Assembly: GCA_002189035.1 (NCBI GenBank)
Contig: NEEC01000010.1
Location: 2,232,001-2,296,000, forward strand
Direction of reading: 5' to 3'
DNA from: Utricularia gibba
Lineage: Eukaryota; Plantae; Magnoliophyta
Length of the DNA stretch: 64,000 bases
Position 1 is the stretch's first letter. Each line of letters begins with the position of its first letter. Of this stretch, positions 54,501 to 64,000 are shown in pieces. Made by a program: the position numbers and the translations under genes. Under the pieces are notes generated by a model. The model saw only the letters and a list, made by a program, of their open reading frames with translations, had not been told where the DNA came from and made no database searches.

Positions 54501-57277
54501 CGACAGCATCTCAGAGAGCTCAACCGCAATCAAATTCTCTACCAGTCCTGCATCATCTCAATTGGCTGGACCACAGGAGTTCTCAACAGTTGTGGAAACA
54601 AATTTACTTGATGGGCTTCAGATGCCAGAAAATGCCTTATCCGGTCTGGGAATCAGAGTCAGTGAAGGTCCTCCATTATGTGAGAACATTTCAGAGCCAA
54701 AGATCGTGGAGTATTCTGTAGACAGGAAAATGGATATCCTATCTAGGAACGCTTCTGATGCTGCTTCATTTGACAGTGTACCAAGGAGTGATGACAGCCG
54801 ACATTCTCAAGATGATTCTGTGCCCCTTGGGCAGCAGGCTAAGTTCAAACACCCAACGCATTTGGTGACCCCCTCTGAAATATTAATGGCCAATTCAGCA
54901 TCTGAAATTAGCAAAACTAATGAGTCAAGAAATGATCTTGAACTGAATGTTCAAGATGTAGGAATTAGCAATGATGCGAGGAGTGTTGAAGTGGAGGTAA
55001 AAGTGGTGGATGATGCTGGGATTCAACATGAACATCAAACTGTTTTGGATAACAATGAAAATTCCTTTTGCTCTCAAGCATCTAATATAGGTATTGAAAT
55101 GCCTCGAGAGTGTCGTGAACTTCTACCAGAAGCATATGTTGTGCGTGAAGCTCAGCAGGCTAAGGATACTTGTATGACTGAGGTTTTCTCTGAACCATCT
55201 GCAGTGGAAGAAGTCCGTGGCACTTCTGATAAAGCTTCTAGAGAATTCGTTGATTCGCAAGACCCTCTGACGGCACAACCTTCATCAAGTCAGAAAAGGA
55301 AAAAGAAGGGAAAGAATGTTCAGACATCTGGGTCAGTTTCACAAATGTCAAATGCCGTCAATTCAACAGAACCATCTAATGAACCACTTATTGGCTCTAG
55401 CACAAGTATGGAAGCTGCATTTGCACAATTAATGTCCATGCAGGAGATGCTGAATCAGGTGATTGATTACCTGGCCATGATCACCCTGATTGCAATGAAT
55501 TCTGTTATTTTTTTTTTCTTGTGAATGGGTTCTTGATGTATGAGATTCAAAAATCTCATGAGTCTTCTATCCTTTGTTTTTTTTTTAGGTTGTTACACTG
55601 CAAAAAGATATGCAGAAGCAGTTGGGTACGCTGATTACTGCTCCCATTACAAGGGAAGGAAAGCGCCTGGAGGTATCTATCGGAAGAAGTATGGAGGATG
55701 CATTTAAGGCTCATGCTGATGCTTTATGGGCACGTTTCCATGATGAGAGTGCAAGGCAGGAAAAGGAATTAAAGGATCGTGTGCAACAGTTGACCAACGT
55801 GGTCAGTAGTTGTTTGAACAAAGAATTGCCTTCAGTTATTGATAAAACTGTCAAGAAAGAACTGAGTTCTTTGGGGCAATCCTTGGCACGCACTATTACT
55901 CCCGTCATCGAGAAAGCAGTATCTTCTTCTATTGTTGAGAATTTCCAGGTTGAATATAATTTTGCTTTTTCAATAGGGATAAACGTATCCTTTGCGGTGT
56001 CTTTATGAAAATATTTTGTGAATGTAAGCAGAAAGGTGTAGGCGATAAAGCAGTAAATCAACTGGAGAAATCTGTGAGCACTAAGCTGGAAGGGACAGTT
56101 GCTAGGCACATCCAAACTCAGTTCCAGACTTCTGGCAAGCAAGCTCTTCAGGTATTACTGCATCCAAGATCTTTATGTATTACTGGATCAAAGCTTACGT
56201 TCTCTTGATGAATATGGTGGTTTATGCAGGACTCTATGAAATCTAGTTTTGAAGCTTTAGTGATCCCTGCTTTTGAAATGTCCTGTCGGACAATGCTTGA
56301 GCAGCTGGATTCTGCACTCCAAAAGGGGATGAAGGAACACACTACTACTGTGCAGCACCAGCTGGAAGCAACACATTCGCCATTAGCTATTGCTCTAAAG
56401 GCATGAATTTGTTTAGTCATCATATGCTTTCCCCTCGATGGTTTTGCGAATCCCATCTAGTGTTTTTGTTTTTGATTTTCAGGATGCTATAAGTTCTGCA
56501 TCATCGATGACTCAAACGTTGGGCGGTGAGATTCTCGATGGGCAAAGAAAATTGCTAGCTCTTGCAGTTTCAGGCGCTAATTCGAAGGCAGCGACGGCCG
56601 GTCTGGTTGGCCAACTCAACAATGGTCCTTTGGGTGCTATTCATGACAAGGTTTATACCGCACTTCCCTTCCAGATAATGTCTTTGTAGGTGTCTTCTTT
56701 TTCCTGAGACCCCTCACATGTTTGATATCTCAAGCTGGAGGTCCCCGTTGATCCTACAAAAGAGCTTTTCCGACTGATCAGCGAGCGCAAATACGAGGAA
56801 GCTTTCACTTCTGCTCTCCACAGGAGTGACGTCAGCATCGTCTCCTGGCTGTGCTCCCAGGTGCTCTGCTCTCTCCCTCACCATCTTTTCAAAAAAACTC
56901 TGCATACCAAATCCTCCCCTCCCCCCTGGTAGGTAGATTTCATCTTGTGCTAAACTCTCCCCCCGCAGGTGGACCTGGCGGCAATCCTGTCGCTGAGCCC
57001 TCTCCCACTGAGCCAAGGGGTGCTTCTGTCTCTGGTGCAGCAGCTCGCCTGCGACATCAACAACGACACCCCCAGGAAACTAACGTGGATGAGGGAAGTG
57101 CTGTCGGCAGTGAACCCCGTGGATCCGATGATCGTGATGCACGTACGGCCGATCTTCGAGCAGGTGTATCAGATACTGAACCACCAGCGCAGTCTGCCGA
57201 CCATGGCGGGCTCCGAACTCTCCAACATCCGGTTGATTATGCACGTTCTCAACTCCATGTTGATGGCCTCCAAATGA
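51556..57277 (+). CDS. VCS: VARICOSE / enhancer of mRNA-decapping 4 (EDC4), about 12 exons
   Basis: Pro-rich N-terminus, [26 protein letters not shown]40 region, [14 protein letters not shown], and a C-terminal [17 protein letters not shown]...KLTWM. The intron at 56401 has a GC donor. Confidence 0.95.
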
Positions 57278-57532
57278 GTTTTTGTCCCCCACCCCTCACT
57301 CAACTACTTGAGTTTTTGTTGATGCACGTACGGACGTACCCTCCCTCGTGTCGTGTACAAAAGAACGACTGCTCGCTCTCCTGTTTGCAATTCACCTTTT
57401 TCTTCTCCCCTTTCCATCACTTACGTAAAAAAGGAAATTGGAAATCATGGCAATGTGGGAGTTTGCTTGAAATGAATGTTGGAGGAAGATCCTGGTTTCA
57501 ATACCCGCACGCATTGCAAGAGCATCAGTACA

Positions 57533-57664
57533 TCAGTTGTTGCCGACAACCTCCTCTTCGCGATCATCAATCTCCACTTCACCTCCTAAGTTTGCACACC
57601 ACATATGAGCAAAACCCTTCTCATCTTCTTCCTCTTCATCCCCATCGTCTTCATTATCGTTGTC
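57533..57664 (-). pseudogene. Detached acidic C-terminal tail of the NLR, left of the retroelement
   Basis: Reads DNDNEDDGDEEEEDEKGFAHMWCANLGGEVEIDDREEEVVGNN*. It starts at the LTR edge, on the same strand and with the same composition as the NLR end (DLEDQEEEDDDGANDE) at the other side of the element. Confidence 0.6.
57569..57614. repeat. About 47-bp direct repeat, second copy at 63795-63841
   Basis: AATCTCCA-CTTCACCTCCTAAGTTTGCACACCACATATGAGCAAAA versus AATCTCCAAATTCACCCTTTAAGTTTGCACACCACATAGGAGCAAAA. Confidence 0.75.
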
Positions 57665-57666
57665 CC

Positions 57667-60226
57667 TGATGGGGGATAAATCGGTCAGGTGTAATCGGCT
57701 TCTAAAAGATTGTCAAAAGAAACTCTGAGGGGATAATGCCAGTCGACAGATTGATATCTGATCTGACAGATACGGCTGCATAGCACAGTCTGAAAAGCGG
57801 CCGAATTATGGCATGATAGGCAGTCGATATCTGAAAAACGAGATCGCATAGCAGGAGCATAAAGCAGCCGATATTTGCAAACGCCAAGATTCGACCAGGT
57901 CGAGTTCTCCTATCAATAGGAGAAATCATTATGAAGAGAGGATTGGACTTTGAGAACTCTTCAACTTGTATCCTCTTCTTGGCCACCTTTGGATAGTGGA
58001 TATTTTTCCCGGCGAGCTCTGATAGCTCCGTAGTTTTTCCATCTTCCGACAGTTTTCACGTAAAAATCTTCGTTACTCTCATTTTAACCGAACCAACTGT
58101 GAAAAACGTGATTAAGTGTGATATTCCCGATTGCACTCATCACCCTAAAATCGGCCCCCATCGGACACTGATTTTACCCATAACATTTTTGGCGCCCACC
58201 GTAGGATAGATTTACAACCCTACTCGAGAAATCCACGAGAGTCAATCACTAAGTATTGATCATGGCGGAAAATAGCACAGCCACCAACCCAGTTCATGAT
58301 AGAAGCGCCAGTGCACAAGACCTTGGCCTTATGATCATTAGCAAGTAACAGCTAAAGGCCCTTCTAACGGAAATTCTCACCGATTTCAGGACACCTTCGG
58401 GCCTCAACTCCAACACCCAAGAGGGGACACCCAAAACCACACCACGAGCAGAGAAGCAACCCCCGGTTCCGGAATACCCCTCAAACATAGAGATTGAGTC
58501 CAAAACTCAAGAGGAGATACTACGAAGAAAAAGACGCAACCAAGTCATATATGAGCCAAGAATTGATAAGGAAAACATGGCTGGCGAGATCTTAAAAAAA
58601 AAAGGAAGAAGAGCTGAAGAGAGAGTTAGACCAGATTCAGAGAAAAGACTTATCGATAAATGGATGTCATTAGAGAGAAGAGAGGATAGGGGCTTCAGGG
58701 ATGTTTTCGACCAGAACGTATCCATCGGGAGAGGGGATGTTCTTGTCGATATTGCTCTGACCTTGAAGAGTGGAGTTGAGGGAGCAGCTGGGACTACAGC
58801 ACTGCGCTTTAGTCGAGGAAGAGCCCATGAGAGGATTTAGAGTTCAGACGGATTACCCACGTATGACATAAAAGGGGATCCCATATCACACATAACCGAC
58901 TTCGATATGAGGATGTACACGGTTCGACATTCAGAAGCCATAAAGTGTAAGTTGTTCACTTGCTCGCTCCAAAAGGGAGCAAAGACTTAGTTTAAACAAT
59001 TAGAACCATGCAATGTGGCATCCTATCGAGAGTTAGTGTTCCTCTTCACTACCCGATACGTTGTCAACATCGAAGCCCCACCTTCAAAGGCAGCACTGTA
59101 CTTTATTCGATATGACCACCGAAAAGAGAGTTTGAGAAGATCCGTCGACCGATTTAACTGCCAAGCGCAAGACGTCCAGCTAGATTTAAAGGAGAGGGTG
59201 GAAATAATGAAGTGGGCCCTGGAAGCATCGAAGTTAGGGTAGAGTGTATCTAAATCCCCCTCGAAAAACCTCGAGGAATTGCTAAGGAAAATCATGAAGT
59301 ACATCCGGGTGGATGATGATCTCAGGGCCGAAATGAAGAGTCGTGTTGAGATACGTCCAGCCCCACAGCAAGAAATGCAGCCTATTCAAGCCCACCGGCC
59401 GAATAAGCGTTGTGAAGTATATCAGGTGGAACCGACCAAAACGAATGCCTATTGTGAGATACACAAAACAACAGGGGCACAAGAATGTCGAATAATGAAA
59501 AGGTTGGTTGAACAATATCATGCCAACAGAGGAACAAACAATATGACACGGAACCCTACGCAAGTGACAGAAAGAAAAAAGGGACGTAATGAGCATCTGA
59601 GGAGTGAGGGTAATCGATATCCGAAGTTCCCCCCAAAACCAATGAGGGAAAATCTGAGAGCCAATAGGGAACCGAGTCATGGAGGAAGACAAGACGTACC
59701 GGAAAGTTCAAGGAACGCCCATCAAATGCAGGGTAGTCCCCCTATATTCAAGAAATCCACGTGATATCCGAAGGAATCGAGATGGATGCATCAGGAAAAG
59801 CACGGAAGAGATATTCGATGAAGCCAGAAGAGGAGAAGTTTTCGAGATAGGGAGTGGTCTGAATGAAAAAGCTCTTGGGAAAAGGAAGAGGTCAGCTTCT
59901 CCGACAAAGACATTCCGATCAATACAGCCACAAGAAATAAGCCTTTGGTGGTATCAGGAATATGCGAGAGCACCAAAGTAAGGAGGATTCTTATTGATCA
60001 AGAATCCTCATACAATATTATGAAGAAGGAAGTAGTTGAGTTACTGGCGTCATCCAACGAGGGAAATATCCACAATGCGCGCATGGAATTATACGCATTC
60101 GACGAGTGGGCCGAGCAAACTACTGGGAAAATAACCCTACTCGTAACATTCGGAGCGGCAAGGCGAGCCGAACCGAGAGGTTGGAATTCTTGATCCTGGA
60201 TTCAGAGGTCTCATACAACATCGTGG
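57667..60226 (+). mobile_element. Truncated Ty3/gypsy (Tat-type) LTR retrotransposon: 5' LTR 57667-58185, PBS 58190-58205, decayed gag and protease; RT/RH/INT and 3' LTR absent
   Basis: LTR TG...CA followed by TTTT-TGGCGCCCACCGT. Gag YDIKGDPISH...CKLFTCSL..*F..L...VASYRELVFLF, a Cys/His motif YCEIHK...EC, and protease KPLVVSG...VRRILIDQESSYNIM and EFLILDSEVSYNIV, all with stops and frameshifts. Confidence 0.88.
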
Positions 60227-62633
60227 TATTCTTCTTCTTTCATCGTTGGCCCCATCGTCATCTTCTTCTTCTTGATCTTCCAAATCAATGGTTAGACGGA
60301 GTTGGTAATTTCCTGATCTCCGTTGCTGCTTCAGTATCCACTTCGCTCTCTCAACAACATCGTTGTGACAATCAGTCAATTGAATTTCTGTCAAAGTGTC
60401 GATATTTTTCAAACCTCGTGGGATCTCATGCAAACCCCACACCTCAAGAATCTCTAGCTGGGGAAGTGAATATCCGACCCCTTTCGCCAGTACTCGCACA
60501 ACTCCCTGATTTCCAAATATTTCAATCTGCGAAATCCACCTTCAATCGGCGTCCACACACGACCAAAATATTTACTACTGTCGTTATACACCACCAGCGC
60601 TTCAAGATTAGGCAACGCCCCAAATCCATTCACTTGGCTGCAACTGATACGGCACTCACTCAAACGCAGCACTTTCAGTGACTCCGGGAAACTAAGATGC
60701 TCAATACCCCGCGCATTAACCAAATTTAGAGTCTCTAATTGTGAGGGGAGTGCCACATTCTTTGAATCTCTTGAGTCACAGAGAGTTAGATGCTTCACAC
60801 TCGGCATTGTATCAGCCATCTCTCTCGTAAACTCATCAGATTCAAGTTCACGAAGGCGCTCAAAAACAGTGGGGAGTTTCCTTTCATTCACAGGAAAGCT
60901 ATTGGTACACAGCACCAGTGATGAAAGCTGCGGCCAGCTCCATATTTCAGAAACTAGCTGGCGAAAGATGACAGCTCCATAATTCCCGCGGCCGAGTGAG
61001 TGCATCATCGAATTTCTGCATGTTCCATAACGCAGAACCAAGTGAAGAAGCCTCCTCGCTCTTATCAGATTTTCTGCAGCTTCCACATAACTGGCAATCA
61101 CGCACAAGATAACATGATCCTTTCGAATTCAGGGTGCACTTGGTGCACCTACCCACCAGATCAGAAAACAGTTTTCTGGTGCTGATCTCTTTCAAGCAAA
61201 GATCCCGTAAAAGATCGTGTATCCCCAGATTCATGATTTGCCCAATCTCATCCCAGATCGAATAAAAATCAAGTTTGTATGAATAAGCTCGATCGTGTAC
61301 TCCAATGCAGCCTCTTCGATTCGTTTGCCTTGTATTGGTCTCACAAGTGCAAAGGCAACCAGTGCATTAATCAAATCAGACAACCCAATGAGCGTCTTCT
61401 TTATAGAATCCTCCGATGTACAGAAACAGGGGCTTGAGGCGAAGAGGCAAGTAGTCGTAACTCAAGCTCAGAGCCCTTCTGCTGTATTCATTGTCTTCCA
61501 AGTTAACCAAAGACGCCACATCTTTCGAAACGCTGCTCCAGTACTCACATGTCTTGTCCGACCTGGAGAGCAACCCAGCAATGGTGGTGATTGCAAGAGG
61601 GTGCCCTCTGCAATTTTCCACTATTTCCTTTCCATAGGCCTCGAGCTCAGTAGGGCAGCACATGCTGCCGAACACTCGATCACAAAACAATTCCCAGCTT
61701 TTTTCTGGATCAAGAAAGTCGACATTGTAAGCCTTGGATGATCCTAAACCAGCAGCAAGTTGCCAGTCTCTTGTCGTCACGATAACTCGACTTCCCTGGT
61801 TATCGTCGGGAAGATATTGTCTCAAAGCCTCCCATGCTTTCAGATCCCACATATCATCCAACACAATCAAATACCTGAAACCTTTTAAACTTTGATACAG
61901 ATCGGTTCCCAAATCCCTAATGCTGTCACAACCTAAGCCTCCCAGAATACCTTGGAGTATTCGCAGCAAATCGTATTCTTGTGATACCGTAACCCAATAG
62001 CTCCGTTCAAATCGCCGTTGGATGAGGCGATCCTCGTAAACCAGCCGAGCTAAAGTTGTTTTTCCGATCCCTCCCATCCCAACGATGGGAATCACCTCAC
62101 GGCTTTTTACGTGACTAGCAATCAGCTCATCCTTATCCAAGAGAGGTGGCTTTCGAATCCGACCACTTTTGGCCGACAATTTTCGGTAAATGAGGTTGAG
62201 CGATTTGATTTCAGAGATCGTTGGCTTACCGGGGTGGATTCCAAATTACACCCAGCAGTAGTTACCTTGCAGCTTAACGACTCTAGATCTCGAATAACTT
62301 TATCATATCCTCAGTGGAAGCCGCAGACGGCCATTCATCGCCTTCATCCGTAACATCCTCCGCTCTGAGAATTTGATTCACCAAGTACCTGTCTAGAACC
62401 TCAGATGCCGCAATGACTGAATCACGAATGTCAAGGGCGATTTGCTCCATCCGTGGATCATCCGGTCCCCGCGGGAGACTTTCGAGAAATTCCAGGAAAT
62501 AAAGAGCCTGCCCTTCCAACTCCTCTATCCGCTCCGGATCTATAGAATTAAGCTTGTACTTGTAGCGAAGCTTCAAGGTTTCCAGAAGCTGCAAGAGGGT
62601 GAGCAGGGGAATGTAGGCCGAAACAGCAGCCAT
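60227..62633 (-). pseudogene. CC-NB-LRR resistance gene (R1B-like), disrupted by the retroelement and about 6 frameshifts
   Basis: CC with an EDVID-like EVLD, P-loop GMGGIGKTT, kinase-2 YLIVLDDMW, RNBS-B GSRVIVTTR, GHPLAI (GLPL), LSLSYDYLP, GIHDLLRDLC (MHD), then LRRs (EIWSWPQL, FGALPNLEAL, GGFRRLKYL). It is spread over at least 6 frames. Confidence 0.88.
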
Positions 62634-64000
62634 AAGATTAATGGCGAGACGGCAGTATTCCGGTACTTCTAAAAAGAGAGAAAACAAAGGTCGTCGATCG
62701 GGACAAGATCTGCAAGCAAAGGAAGACCATACAAACTTTTCTTGTTTGATCCACACGGGAAAGGAAGAGAGGCAAACCTGTCAACATTCACGGCATGACA
62801 AATAATTGCAAGCTCGACGGAGTGCCGCAGACAGGGAGCAGTGTTGGTGGATGAGGCTGTTTCGTACGCTCATTTGCACGCGGCTCCTGATTTTGATGGA
62901 TCATGGGTAGGTAATTTGTAACCATATTCATAATAAAATATAAAAAATATATATTTTTCGATGACAATGAATATAACGTATTATTAAAATAATGATAATT
63001 ATAATGTTAAACTGCTTTAATTGTGTGAGATTTTATGACTAATATATAAAAATATTTAAAGAAAATTAGTTTATATAAAAATGAAGAATTTAATAAAACT
63101 TAAATATATTTTTGAAAAATAATTTTCAGAAAGATAATTAATTATCTTATATTCGATAAAAGTAAATATAAAAATCATCAAATACAACTATAATAAAATT
63201 AATAGGGTGAAATTTTTCACAAAATAAGTTGTAATAGTACTTTATGAATCATGGAAGCATATCTAATTCGTTGCATGTTATAGAAAAATGTATATAATGA
63301 ATTGTTTTTCAAATTTTATAACTATAACTAGTTATATTTAGCTATTTTAATTGAAAAAATTTAAAACAATTATTATTGTACATTGATTAAAATGTGTTAT
63401 TTTATCTGATAATATATATTTTATTGATATTTTTAAGTCATAAAATTAGTATGTTTAATAATAAAATTATATATTTTAATTATAATTTTTAATATTTTTT
63501 AATTGTATTATTATTTGTATTTTATGTATAATATAGTTTAAATTGATGATTTAATTTATATTGTGATTTACAATATTTTTAAAATATTACTAACAACTCT
63601 ATAGATAAAATTTAACTAATTTATAAGAACAAGTCCATGAATACAAGATACAAGAATGAAATATGATTGATATTCAATTGTTTACAATCGATAAGTATCA
63701 AGAACAGTATAATAATTTTAAAAAATAGAAAAAATGAGACAAAATCCTAAAAGGAGAGTGAGAAAGTAAAAATAAGATTACTTTTTAGAGGAAAAATCTC
63801 CAAATTCACCCTTTAAGTTTGCACACCACATAGGAGCAAAATTGAGGAAAATTCTATGAATAACTGTGTTTTGGGGAATTCATTCCCACTTCTAACTATT
63901 TTTGTCTTTTAGTGTAAATAATACTTTTAATTATTACTTTTTCTACCTCAACTTTATTAATGTTTCTCATATTGACTCATAATTTTACATTTTTTTACCA

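Overview
Eukaryotic nuclear DNA from a flowering plant, probably an asterid-type eudicot (inferred from the R1B-like CC-NLR; the species cannot be identified from this window). It is gene-dense, with mostly short 70-170 nt introns and AT-rich spacers. No prokaryotic features, CRISPR arrays or RNA genes were supported. Gene order: ABI4(-); a rearranged HSP70 tandem locus (HSP70a, a decayed third HSP70 fragment, ARABIDILLO-like and ABI4 fragments, a hAT MITE, HSP70b); SYP5(-); PRP4/LACHESIS(+); Elongin A(+); two tandem LRR-malectin receptor kinases(+); plastid GrpE(-); eIF2B-beta(-); a PUB44-like ARM pseudogene(+); a GeBP/STOREKEEPER factor(-); a CaM-binding protein(+); an AED3-like aspartic protease(+); a 65-aa Cys-rich membrane microprotein(-); VARICOSE/EDC4(+); a truncated Tat-type Ty3/gypsy element inserted in the 3' end of a CC-NB-LRR gene(-). 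Many genes carry single-base deletions in G/C runs, most likely assembly errors, so pseudogene calls based only on frameshifts are unsafe. The best candidate for a new system is the HSP70 pair. It retains the ATPase motifs but has replaced the EEVD tail with a hydrophobic helix, has substrate-binding pockets that differ strongly between the two copies, and lies behind W-box clusters. This would fit a membrane-tethered, immunity-associated HSP70 subfamily (hypothesis). All alignments, counts and family assignments were done by eye or from memory; no database search was run.
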